Source of the DNA: Chlorokybus atmophyticus
Taxonomy: Eukaryota; Plantae; Mesostigma and Chlorokybus algae
Length of the DNA stretch: 64,000 nt
Direction of reading: 5' to 3'
Assembly (NCBI GenBank): GCA_009103225.1
Contig: RHPI01002503.1
Location: 180,391 to 244,390, forward strand
Shown here: piece by piece, positions 1 to 12,319 of the stretch
Layout of the letters: each line of letters starts with the position of its first letter
How positions within the stretch are numbered: position 1 is the stretch's first letter
The notes under the pieces: model-generated
What the model was told of the DNA's origin: nothing
The model's database searches: none
What the model saw: the letters and a program-made list of their open reading frames with translations, nothing else
Position numbers and translations under genes: made by a program

Positions 1-1234
1 CGCAAGAGTCGCCTCCACCTCGTGGTAGGAGGCTCAAGGGGGACCAATGTTCAGCCCGGCACCGCTGCCCCCTTGGTATAGCTCAGGTTGGCATCGTTTC
101 CTGCCTGCTGCCATGTATAAGCGGCTGCTACCGTTTCAGGAGGTATTATAGGGCGAATGCCCCCCCTCCCCCTTTCTTAATATCGGACAAGAACCATGTC
201 CACAGCAGGCATAGTGATACAACTGATGAGGCATGTCATTCGTGGGGCTTGCAAGGAGGAGGGTATGTTCGACTTTGTATGGTGGCAATGACATGCAATG
301 TACATACGCACGACCAGTCTGATATGTGCTGTTCTGAGCTTGCACTACGCAAGACCGCCAAGGCCAAATCATAGTCCCGTTGCGTCACCCTTCACCAACT
401 TTTCCATCCTTATTCATGCAAATCGTGCATAAAATATATGCACGTGCCTGCCCTGCTCTTTAACGCCTTGCTGTGGCTGTGGCTGCTGCGCCAATCTCCT
501 GGGGTTCTCACCTTGCGCATGTGCATGTGTGCTCAGGTCGGTTGGTTCTCGCTTGCTGCTTGCCACTGCATCCTACTGCCGCCCCCCCAGAGCACATGGT
601 GCATATATTATAATATAGTATGCAAGGATTGTGGCATGCATGAGAATGTAGCGAACATGTGCATATAATTGTGAAGCCCCTATGAGAAGTGAAGTGTTGC
701 TCTTGCTTGTCTCCGTGTCTAATTTGCTTGCTGCTTGTGGTGCATTGGGAATGCTGCTTTGCCCTGCAATGCACGCTTATGCACACTTAGTGTACGTGCA
801 CTACACACATGTGTATCATATTTACCCCAACATCGTGGGGATTATAATCCCCTCTATTAAATATACAATGTGTTTATACTACAAGAATTTATGATGTAGC
901 TCGTCCCCTCGGGGGGGAGGGGGGGCGGGGGGGAGGAGAGAATTGTACATGTACATGGTTGTATAAAGCATGCAAGCTCATAAGCAAGTAAGCGAGTACA
1001 TGCTTAAACAATTCAAATTGGGGGAGCATACTGTGCTAGTAGCTCAACAACTCCGAACGCCATCTACAATTTTAGTTTATATGTGCATGTGTGTGTAAAG
1101 CAGCGGGCAATGGGAGCGGTCAGGCAGAGCAGGGCAATGCAGAGGGACAACGTGCGCGGCAAGGAGGGTGGGTGGTGGCAACGGTTGAAATACTTCTAAA
1201 AAAAAGTACTAAGTGCCTTTTTCTTGAATTTTTG

Positions 1235-1476
1235 NNNNNNNNNNNNNNNNNNNNNNNNNNNNNNNNNNNNNNNNNNNNNNNNNNNNNNNNNNNNNNNNNN
1301 NNNNNNNNNNNNNNNNNNNNNNNNNNNNNNNNNNNNNNNNNNNNNNNNNNNNNNNNNNNNNNNNNNNNNNNNNNNNNNNNNNNNNNNNNNNNNNNNNNNN
1401 NNNNNNNNNNNNNNNNNNNNNNNNNNNNNNNNNNNNNNNNNNNNNNNNNNNNNNNNNNNNNNNNNNNNNNNNNNNN
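1235..1476. other. Assembly gap (run of N)
   Basis: Continuous N run between ...ttcttgaatttttg and gggagtctt... Confidence 0.99.
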
Positions 1477-1650
1477 GGGAGTCTTGTGCTTTGCGATGGC
1501 CACGGCAATGCTGTGCAATGTGTATAAACCCGGGGGGCATATGATGAGGAAAACACAATTTACATGTTGAGTGATATTAATCAAGTGTGGGACAAACGTG
1601 AGACTACACATATGTCATTATTATATCGTTTATGAGTGTCCATTACCATG

Positions 1651-1877
1651 TCCACTTCACGTATTTATTTTAAACTCAACACTCAAGTGCTACCATAGAG
1701 CTCTCGTGTTTCGTTTGTGTTGCATGTCACATAAGGTTTGTTGCGTCAATAACTGTAAGTTCCACTTTACATACACATATCTGTTTCAAACTCAACACCC
1801 AAGTGCTACTATGGAGCTCTCGTATATCGTTTGTGTGGCATGTCACAATTCAAGGTTTGTTGCGTTGATAGCTGTAA
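1651..1877 (+). repeat. Degenerate tandem duplication, two copies of about 110-117 bp
   Basis: Copy 1 (1651-1758) reads tccacttcacgta...aaactcaacactcaagtgctaccatagagctctcgtgtttcgtttgtgttgcatgtcaca...aaggtttgttgcgtcaataactgtaa. Copy 2 (1761-1877) reads tccactttacata...aaactcaacacccaagtgctactatggagctctcgtatatcgtttgtgtggcatgtcaca...aaggtttgttgcgttgatagctgtaa. Most substitutions are transitions. Confidence 0.85.
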
Positions 1878-2310
1878 TTACATGATGAGAGTGCGTTAGG
1901 CTGCCAGGGCGGGTCCAGCGCAATCAGCTAGCCCTCACGTCGAAGGCCCAGGCCCACCCGCGACTGCACTCGTCGTATCCACGTCAGCATCATAAGCAAA
2001 AGCGGCGCAAGGCAGGTGGCGGCAACGGCGGCGGCGCTGCAGCGGCTTGAAATGCTGGTGGCACCGGCTTCAAGTCAACCCACCTAGTGGACGACGTGAA
2101 GCTGCGTCGCAAGCTGAAGTAAGCTTAGCAGCAGGGGCCTGCGCCCGTAGTGAAAACAGCAGCGCATGCGACGGGCGCCGTCATGCGAGGCGCAGGCGGC
2201 TGGGTGAGCAATCAAACAGTGAGAAAGGAGCATTTGTTCACGCTGTTTGCTTCAGCTAGTCGAGCGCAATCGGTAGAGTGAAAGGCTGTTTGGCATGGTG
2301 TGTTGCCGCT

Positions 2311-5300
2311 ATGACTACTGTGTGCATGCGTTCGCTGTGCGTTGCGCTAGGCGCGCACATAGCCTTGTTATCCAGAGCAGAAGAATTGCACCAGCAAACG
2401 CGTATAGGCGTCAAGCCCCCAGCTGTTGCATGCATAGTGTCGATCCCCGTTGATGCTTAAAGCTCCTTGCTTTGAGCGCATCGACGGGGATTGAGACAAT
2501 GCATGCAACACCCCGCAGGGGTTGACGCCTTTATGCACTTGTTGGTGCAATCTCACAGCCCGACAGTTTGCTTTGGTGTATTTAAGCAATGAGCATTTTA
2601 CTTGATGGCCAATGCCACAAGCCAATGTACAAGTCTGTTTGTCCCCATCGTCCCATGCATGCACATTGTGAAGATTAATCAAGCTTGATTGCCTTTTCAG
2701 GCGTGCGTTGTGCTTGCCGTCGTTGTCTGGGCTGCAGCATATGCTGAGGCGCATGCAGCTGAAAGGTAAACTCATGTGATGTAATGCATGCCACAATGGA
2801 AACACAGCTTTACATCAAGTGCAGCGACACAAAGTTGTTGTGGTCTTGAACACATCATGCAGTATGACTACTTTTGAGAATGCAACTCTGCGATGCAGCA
2901 CGGTTTGCAGCGGCTTGCAAGCCAAAACCGCTGTTCCGGCCTTCAATGGAGATCACGCACCCGGGCGTTGCGCAATGTATGGCATCTGCGGTGCGCGCAA
3001 AGATGGCAAACCTCTCAACTGCCCCAACAGCACGGTTGCTGTCACGGTAAATGCCGTGTCCTTCACATGTATTGGATCTGCACGCACACAGACAAAGACA
3101 CACGCCCACTTGCAGACGCAGACACACGTGCACGCGCATGCGCATGCACACACGCACAGGCACGCATGCACATGTGCGGCCAACGCTCGTATGTGCATGT
3201 GCACACGCATATGCATGCTCATATACTGAGACACATACAAGGTGTGGGCGAATCGCTGGCGAGCTTGCACCCTCCCCCGTGGTGGTCATCGAGTTGTGTG
3301 CTCGCATTATGCTCACAAGTTTCTTTGTCTGTGTCACACAGCCAGATGAGGAGTTTTCCAAGCAGGTCCAAGGGCTGTGTCCCACTTTCACAGGGGACAT
3401 ATGCTGCAGCAAGGAGCAATTTGATGTCTTGAGGAATCAGGTCAAACAGGTGAGCTGCTTTGGTTGCAAAGCGCGAGGCGAATGCATGGCATGTGGTTGT
3501 GGTAACGTGAATGCTTGTTTGTTATATTGTGCAGGCAACGGCTTTTCTCAGTGGCTGTCCTGCTTGCAACCGCAACTTCCTCAACTTCTTCTGCAACCTG
3601 GCCTGCTCTCCTGATCAGTCCTTGTTCATAAATGTCAGTCGGACAGCATTGGTAAGTGCTCCTTAAGAGGTTGTAGAGCGTGTGTGTGCGCACGCGCATG
3701 TGTTTATGTGTTGCACTTAACGCGTGGTGTTGCAGGCGCCGTCCAACAATCGGACAAGTGTGGTGGCGTTGGACTTCTACGTGGCAGAGCACTTTGGCAC
3801 AGAGTTCTACAAGTCCTGTCAGGACGTCAAGTTTGGCTCCATGAACACGCGCGCCCTGGACTTCATCGGTGGCGGGGCGACCGACTATCCATGTAAGGAG
3901 ACAACAGTCCTGGTCGGCATTGGCACATATCCAGCACGTCTCACGTGCATTCATCGTGCATGTGTGTCATTCAGCGTGGTTCGAGTTTTTGGGTACGGAA
4001 GCTCTGGACGGGCAGCCCGGCGCTCCATGCACTATCAACTTCCCTTCTGAGGTAAACAGTCAAGCATAAGTAGGTGGATGCCATTATTGGCGAGCATGCA
4101 TACCACTCCGTTTGTATCGATTGGATCTGCACACAGGCAAGTGTTCCTGAGGGCATGAAAGCCTTTGATCTTCCGGTGGTTCCATGCGAAGGCCCTTCAA
4201 TGCAGTGCTCCTGCGGGGACTGCCCCGCGGCCATCGGCTGCAGCGCGCCCCCGCCACCCGCACCTCCCAAACCTCCCAGACACATCCTGGGGGTATTGTC
4301 ACCATCATTACGTCATGCTAAGTTCTCCATCATCCCTGACTGGCCTGCGTTGTTTCAGTTACGACCGCTGGCGTTCTGGATGCTGCTGCTTTATTTCCTC
4401 ATCATTGTCGCGGTGGTGTGGGTTTACGCGCACCAAGTGCGCGTGGTCGAGCGGGCGCTGCACGATGGCGACGGGGCAGCCACGGAGCCTCTGCTGTCAT
4501 CCAAGAGGACACCATCGTCATCGCACACGGGAGGCTCGCACCGCAAGTCCCGAGCCGATTATGCCAAGCCGATGGTGAGATCAGAGGTTGCCCTTACTTT
4601 GCTATGCTCACGTATTAGGACTTGGTGGCTCGTGTTGTTCACCACTGCGTGCATGGCAGGCTGTACCATCAGGTTGGCTGCAAAGCCATCTTCACAAGAG
4701 TTTCAAGCTCCTGGGTTCTGCTATCGCTGAGCACCCCGCAGTTAGCCTGCTTGCCTGTCTTGCTGTTGCCGGACTTTTCAGCCTTGGGTTGCTGCGCTTC
4801 CAGGTGGACACGGATCCTGCAAAGGTACCAACTTCGCATGTCAATCTCACATGAAGTCATTGCATTGATATCATGTTGTTGGCTTGTCTCAGCTTTGGGT
4901 GAGCCCCAAGTACCAATCAGCCAAGGACAAGGCTTTCTTCGACCAGCACTTTGGCGCTTTCTACCGCATTGAGCAGGTACGTCACAATTCGCAATAACAT
5001 GTCAGTAAGTATTGTAGAGTTGAACCAGATGGTGAGATGCTCCACGCGCCAGCTTATCCTGGATTCCTGTCTTTGCAGCTGATCATTTCCACCAAGGCCA
5101 CAGCAGGGTCCGAGCAGCCGCCGATCGTCACCGATGACAACTTGCAGCTGATGTTTGACATCCAGAAAAAGGTTGCTAGCATGCTTTGATGGCTCTTCCA
5201 TGCAGCGAAGAGCGCGCCAAGTGCTTTGAGCACTCTCCGCAGTCCTGCCTTCTTGCCTCACAACAAACACATTGCCTCTAGTACGACGTCATAAGTTGCC

Positions 5301-8300
5301 TGGCTGCAGGTGGATGCTGTCGCGGCCAACGTGTCAGGATCGGCTGTGAGACTGCAGGACGTCTGCTTCAAGCCTATGGGGGATGCCTGCGCGACCGAGA
5401 GCATCTTACAGGTGCGCATACATGCATGTATGTGTTCGAGTGCATTGAGGTCACGTAAGCTGTTACTGTTACTCAAGTGCATTGCACTGTGCAGTACTGG
5501 CAACTGAGCGAAGAGAAGTTGTTTGAGTACGGCGGCGCAGAGCATGCAGAGTTCTGCTTTCAGGTAAGAGTTATTGCAAGCCATACCAAACTCCAACCAG
5601 CTGCCAATCTCATGTTTCCTGTACACCGTGCCACCAGCACTACTCGTCTTCGGAGATGTGTCTCAGCAAATTCAAGGCTCCCATTGAGCCCTCTGTAGTG
5701 CTCGGTGGCTTCAATGCAACCGAATATACCATGGTGAGCGGCGTTAGATCATGTGCATGGATGCGTGCTCGTGTGTGCGCGTGCTTGTGTATGTGTGCCG
5801 TTGTGAAGAACAGGATTGGCTGCGAATAATGGTTTGTGCTTACGACTTGGTCACACTTTTTTCAGGCAACTGCATTTGTAGTGACGTTTGCTGTCGACAG
5901 TTCGCCCAGCAACCAGGAAGCGGCGCTCGCGTGGGAGGAGGCATTCCTCCGGGTGGTTGAGGTACAGCACTCTGTTCACATGCTTGCGGCAAGTGCAGCA
6001 GAGTAGCCACATGCAGACTGTGTGTGAGGACGAATCCAACAACAATGACATCTGTTTTGTTGTTGCCGCATAGGCTGAGCTTCAGCCGCTGTGCGATAAG
6101 CATGGGCTGCGATTGTCGTACTCGACAGAGCGCTCTGTGTCCGACGAGCTGCAGCGCGAAAGCGGCATGGATGTTATTACCGTTGCGGTCAGCTACCTTG
6201 TCATGTTTGTGTACATGGCAATTGCTCTCGGGCGAATGACTGCCGACCCCACCGAAGCGTTCATCCAGTCAAAGGTATCCAAAATCAAAGGTCGCGCAGC
6301 TTGTAATTTCAAACTGTGCAAAGTTCTTGTCGATATCATCGGCGACCACCTCACTCACATACAAGCAGCTGTGATTGCCTGAAGCATGCCCACTTATGGT
6401 TGTTTCCTTCTGTGTTGTGCTTCAACCTGCAGGCTCTGCTCGGTCTGGGGGGCGTCGCACTGGTGTTGATTTCAGTCACCGCTGCAATCGGTGTCTGCAG
6501 TGCCGTTGGCATTCACTCAACACTCATCATTGTTGAAGTCATTCCTTTCTTGGTCCTGGCGGTACGCACTTTGTGACAGAAGAGCAGCAATCTTACGTAT
6601 TGCACAAACAGGCATCGTCATGCATGCATGCATGCTTACAGCCTTCGCGGTGCAGGTCGGCGTGGACAACATGGTCATTCTTGTGCATACGTTGAAGCGT
6701 CTCGATCCTAGGCAACCGCTTGAGGAACGCATTGGAGATGCGCTTGCAGCTGCGGCACCGTCCATCACGCTCGCAAGCCTTGCAGAGACCGTTGCTTTTG
6801 CCATGGGCACTCTGACACCGGTCCCTGCCGTGCATGTGTTCTCGCTGTTTGCAGGTGAAGCTAAAGCACTCAGCTGTGTCTATTGCACTCTGCTGTTGCT
6901 GTCCAGCGTGAACAGCGTTGCCGTCTTGCAACTGTTAGCGGCAACACGCGGTCACGCTCACGCGCGCGCTCACATACACGCATGGTTGTGTGCTCCGTAC
7001 AGGCATTAATCTGGGCTATGCATGCAGCGGTTGCGGTTTTCTTCAACTACTTGCTGCAAGTCACGGCATTCGTTGCCATGATGGCAATGGACTTCCGCCG
7101 GGCAGAGGAGCACCGAGTGGATTGCCTCCCGTGGGTACAAACAAGGCCGCGCTACCAGTACCACGCAACAGACCGAGGTATGATCTGCAGGTTCACAATA
7201 TGTGAGGTAGCTTTGCAATGATGTAACAACGTCAGTGTACAACACCCTCGTGTGCCTAGGTGCGTCGCTGCTGCACAAGCCCCGCCGCATGCTCGTCAAC
7301 GCATACATGGAGGACATACACGTGCCATTTCTCGCACGCAAGGGTGTCAAGGCGTTCGTAGTCATTGTATTTGCGGGCATGCTGCTCTTCAGCATTGCCT
7401 CTTTACCGTTGGTGAAGCCGGGCCTGGATCAGCGCGTCGCCCTGCCACGCGACTCCTACCTTCAGGGGTACTTCACGGACATCACAGAGTACCTTCGTGT
7501 GGGACCGCCGCTCTACTTCATGCTGAAAGACTTCGACTATACCAGCGAGCAGCGGGTAGATTCGGTCTGCGGCATTGGCGGTTGTCATCCAGATTCACTG
7601 GTCAACGAGGTGGTCATTATCTGTTGCTTACAACTTACCTTCATAGTAGTTGCTGTGAGAAAACCCTTACACATACTGCATGCTGTGGAGCACCAATTTG
7701 AGCTATCTGTTGGTCAAAGCAAGGCAGGTTGCTTACCAGCATGTATCATTGTCGTGCAGCCGCAGCGCCAACCCTTACATGTGACTCTTCTGTCTCTCAT
7801 CACAGATTGCCAAGGCGGCGCTCGCTCCAGCATCCACACGCATCGCACGGCCAGCGGCGTCCTGGCTCGACGACTTCCTGACGTGGATATCGCCGGACGC
7901 GTTCGGCTGCTGCCGCCAGTTCCCCAACGGCACGTACTGCCCGCCGGACGACCAGCCGCCCTGCTGCCCGGACCCTGAAGTGCCCTGCGAGAGCTTTGAT
8001 ATCTGCAAAGACTGCACTGTGGTGAGGACTCGCTGCAGGTTGTTGTGTTGTACACAAAAAGGTCTTGTTACAGGCCAATGACACTGTATAACCGCACACT
8101 TGATCTTGGACTTGGTCACAGTCACCGCGCATTAAGTTGGTCATGCGGTGTCATGTGCATGAGGTGCTTTGCGTTACTTGGAGGTACTTAACAATGTGCA
8201 ATGCTGTTGTGCAGTGCTTCACAGCATCGGAACTGCAACATGGGCGTCCAAGCCCAGAACAGTTCAGAGAGAAGCTTCCATGGTTCCTGATGGCCATCCC

Positions 8301-10189
8301 ATCCGCAGACTGTGCAAAGGGCGGTTACGGCGCATACAGCCAAAGCCTTGATCTAACTGGTAGGAACACTGCAAGTCACAAAACTGAGACACCCGTACTT
8401 GCATGTATCTGCCAAAGTGCTGTAATGAAACGTAACTGTTGTTGTGTGTACAGGGTTTGACAGCGGGGTAATTGCTGCGTCCAACTTCAGGACATACCAT
8501 ACGGCTTTGAGGACGCAGGATGACTTCATTGAGGGCTTGCGCACTTCGCGCAGTTTTGCGCAGCAACAAAGCGCGCACGTGGGCATGGAAGTGTTCCCGT
8601 ACTCCATCTTCCACCAGTTCTTTGAGCAGTACTTGACAATCGGTTACGACTCAGCCGTCAACCTCGCGACCGTCATCGGCGCAGTGTTTCTTGTATGCGC
8701 CGTGTTCACGTACAGCTTGTGGTCGGCGTCCGTCATCATGTTCGTCATAACCATGGTCGTCGTCGACATGCTTGGCGTGATGCGTCTGTGGGGCATCGAG
8801 CTCAACGCCGTCTCAATGGTCAACCTGGTGATGTCTGTCGGCATTGCTGTAGAGTTTTGCGTCCACATCACGCACGCGTTCGTGCACTCTCCCGGCAAAA
8901 CTCGCTCCGCACGAGCGTCGCATGCCGTCTCCACCATGGGAGCCTCTGTCTTCAGCGGCATCACATTGACAAAGTTTGCGGGCGTCAGCGTGCTGTATTT
9001 TGCTCGATCTGAGATATTTGAGGTAAGGAGGGCATGACATGCAGTACAAACTTTGGACTCGTTTGTTGCTATGCGCACAGAAGCACGACAATGACACCTT
9101 GGCCTGCCAGGTGTACTACTTCCGCATGTACATCAGCCTGGTTGTGCTTGGCGCGCTTCACGGGTTGGTCTTCCTGCCGGTAAGCACCGACCTGATTAAA
9201 TCAAGTGTTCCTGTTGTTGGTGTTAACGCGTTTGCCAAGTCTTTGTGCATACAAAGCGTGTGCAAGTGTGCAAGTGTGCAAGCAAGTATCTATCGTTGAG
9301 ACTCTCAACAGATACAGATAACAGGTACAGATTGAATAGCGACTCAAATATTGCCTTGCAGGTGCTGCTGAGCCTAGTTGGCCCTCCTTCAGCCACACGC
9401 AAAGGGAGTGCGGGCGCGCCGACACTCGAGGACTTGGGCATTGACGCGTGCGAGGACTGTGCCTCCAGCGACGATGACGACAACGCCGGAGACTTCTCGC
9501 AGGCGCTGCCGCTGCCGGAGGACGCACTTGAAGCAGAGGCGGACTTTGCCTCGGCCGTGCCGCTGGAGGACTCTCCGCTGCCGGTGACAAGGACAGTACC
9601 TTTTCTGCAAGATGGTGAGGCGGGTGGTGCTGATGGTGCCGGCAGCGGGTCTAAAGGCGGTGTCGCGGGTAACGGACAAGCGGCTAACGGCAGCCCGCGG
9701 TGTCATGTGTGCCGGCTTCGGGGGCAGGAGGTCGTTCTGGATCCGTGCGAACACGTTGCCACGTGCGCTGCGTGCGGCAAGAGGTGAGGTGTGTACCCTG
9801 ACCATGGCATGTTTCAAGAGGTTGAGTGATTGTCAATCTGTAGCACTTGAGTGAGCACTGCACCGCAATGAGATGCCCTGCAGTGCTTCCTGTCATCGAG
9901 CCATTGACACATCAAATAAGCAGCAGCTACTCGAGTGCTGTATGTCAGCCAGCCTTGATAGTCCCAAAGCAGCTTTAGGATGTCATTTCATAGACCAAGT
10001 CTGGGTCTTTGTGGGGCCCATCTGAGCCGAGGAGGCAGTAGGCAATTGTCGAGTAATGTAAGCATTAACCAGGGTTGTGTTTGCACCAGGTTACTGGATG
10101 CTAAGGCAGGGTGCCCCAGATGTCGAGTTGCTGTGCAGCGAATACATCCGTTCAGTAGAAAGGCTCTCTTTGCCAAGACAGGAAGTTGA
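2311..10189 (+). CDS. NPC1: Niemann-Pick C1-like sterol transporter with C-terminal C3HC4 RING domain (multi-exon; true start uncertain, first securely recognised exon about 2910-3047)
   Basis: The Cys-rich N-terminal domain reads [24 protein letters not shown] and [17 protein letters not shown]. The middle domain reads FYRIEQLI and YWQLSEEK. The sterol-sensing domain reads [14 protein letters not shown] and [12 protein letters not shown]. The C-terminal membrane region reads [61 protein letters not shown] and [17 protein letters not shown]. The frame then continues through an acidic linker into a RING; stop TGA at 10187-10189. Confidence 0.95.
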
Positions 10190-10835
10190 TGTGTGATGTT
10201 GTAGAGCTAGTGATGCTGCGTTGGTCATGATGCATGCAGCGTGTAGTAGTCACACAATTTGTTGCGCCGGCCGTAATGCATGTTGAAAATCTCACACGGG
10301 TCATTCTGTTGCGGATTGTTTGTACATTGTACATTGTGGAGGGTATGTGACGGCTTGCAAAGTGCATACTCCGTGCAGCCCTACAAACAAGCCAAAGGTG
10401 GCTCTCGACAAGGCTGGCAAAGTGGGTTTGGGTACTGTTACAGTTCACACTGCCGCATGTACCATAGAAAAACATACGACTGACAGCCCTTGTTGCCTCT
10501 ACTGGGAAAATGTAATAGCTCTTCCAAACCGTGGCAATTAAGTGCTCCTGGAGACAGCAAAACTAGCAGCACTGCTATGCTGCTTCAGTTGCAATATGGC
10601 TTTGTGCTGCACACTATTGCTGATTGTGATTATGATGCGGACAGCTCTAAGCTCAGTTGCACAGTTCATCCCAACTTGCTCGCAGGCACAAGGTTACTGG
10701 CATGCAGCCGCAACATACAGCTGGCTCATAATCTGCACATTCTAACACGCAACTGGTGTCCCCGCCATGGTTGACAAGAAGGCCATGAGAAGTTTCAGGT
10801 TGTACAGCATGCGGTGAATAATAAGGTTAAAGCAG

Positions 10836-11915
10836 TTAGGGAAACACCAGGTTGGAGTGCAGCTCCTCCACTTCTTTTGACAGCTCCGTCAGCTCGGTCG
10901 AAAACTTGGCCTGGTCCTCTTTTGTTACCAAGTCAGGCTTTAAAGGCGCGGGGAGGATGAGCATGCAACTGGTCGGCCTTTTGGTTGCACCCGCTGTGCC
11001 CAGATCCTGTAGAAGAAGAACTCAGTAGCGGTTGAGCTCAACATATGGGAGCAGTAGTGCAAGACACATATATGACTGACGGACACACAGATCAAAATAC
11101 AACCATACATAACGACACGGACACGTTGTACGCGCCTCTTTGGATGGTACATAGATGTATGGCACATCCAACTCCTCGCAAAGGATAGGTAAGTGGGTGA
11201 TGACATCGATAGGTGAAATGTCGCCTGCGATAATGCACAGCCTGGCCCAAAAAACAGCACAATCAAGTCAAAGTCAGCTCGGTAGTAAGTCACTGCGCAC
11301 TGCATTGGAGCTGTGCTGAGCATCAGAAGGAGAAGCAACAAACACACCCTTTCTGGCCTTTTCGCAGCGCTTTCACAACCTCTTTCACTCCGCGCTTCAG
11401 CTGCTTCTGCTTGGCCGCTTCAAAATAGAACCAAACAATGTCAGCACACCGATGATACTGTGGACACAAAGCCTAGTGGCATAGTGTGGTATAGCACAGC
11501 GATGCTTCTGCGACTTATGAAACTAACTAACGCATCATACTCGCTTACCAAAGAGGCCAATGCAACAGTCAGCAGGACCTCACTGTGTATGCTTTACACA
11601 CTTCTAGAATGTGTGGACATGCACAACGCCGATGGCAAGTCATCAGCAAGCTCTGCTGCGTATGACGTGCGTAGTGCTTTGCAGCAATGTGCACTACCGC
11701 GACTGACATAATGGAACGCCTAAGTGCATGCAAAGCGTCCGTGCCCATGCTCATGCCCATGCCCTGGCCTCCATACGCGCACCTTTCTTCACAATCTTGA
11801 GCGCCTTCTTGTTGAGCTTCTTGCCCGCCAGGGGCTTTGCAATTATAGACACCGCTACTCGCTTCGCCTTGTCCTTCTCCACCTCCTGCTTGCTGTTGCC
11901 GTCCTCCTCGCCCAT
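10836..11915 (-). CDS. NHP2: H/ACA ribonucleoprotein subunit 2 (L7Ae family), 4 exons
   Basis: Spliced product: [127 protein letters not shown]...VFP*. The [13 protein letters not shown] and GATKRPT motifs are typical of NHP2. Intron 3 has a GC donor. Confidence 0.95.
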
Positions 11916-11954
11916 GGCGCCGACGAAGCTTGCGCTGACACACACCGGCCCCCC

Positions 11955-11962
11955 AACCCTAA
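11955..11962 (+). promoter_or_regulatory. Possible telo-box-like element (AACCCTAA) just upstream of the NHP2 start
   Basis: aaccctaa lies about 40 bp upstream of the NHP2 ATG. Telo-boxes are known in 5' regions of plant ribosome-biogenesis genes. The motif is short and could be chance. Confidence 0.3.
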
Positions 11963-12319
11963 CAAGCCCTCAACGCCGCCGCCATGGCTTGGACTCTCTG
12001 TATTTTCTCTCCTATGCTCCAACCTTCTCTAACTCACCCAGGAGGACCACCTCCGTCTCCTGCGTGTCGCCGCCCTGCTGCTCCTGCTCCTTCTCCTTCT
12101 CCTCGACCACCGCCGCCGCCACCGCCGCTTTCACTCACTCGCGTTATGTAGAGTGCGTTAGCTACCAACTATACCGTGAAGCTAACGTGGTGCAGAGCTA
12201 ACGTTTGTGCCATGTGGTCTGGTCTGGTCTGTGGCCTGGCCTGGCCTGGCCCCGTCTGGCCTGGTGTGTTCGCTCTGCACTTCCCCTCAGGACAGGCACG
12301 GGTAGGAGGTGCCGCCGCT

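Noticed and set aside
100-400. Fragment HSWGLQGGGYVRL resembling the papain-family SWG...GYxR motif
   Set aside because: The frame is short and stop-bounded, with no other C1A motifs and no splice context, so it is likely chance.
1091-1611. ORFs spanning long X runs
   Set aside because: They are open only because they cross the N gap.
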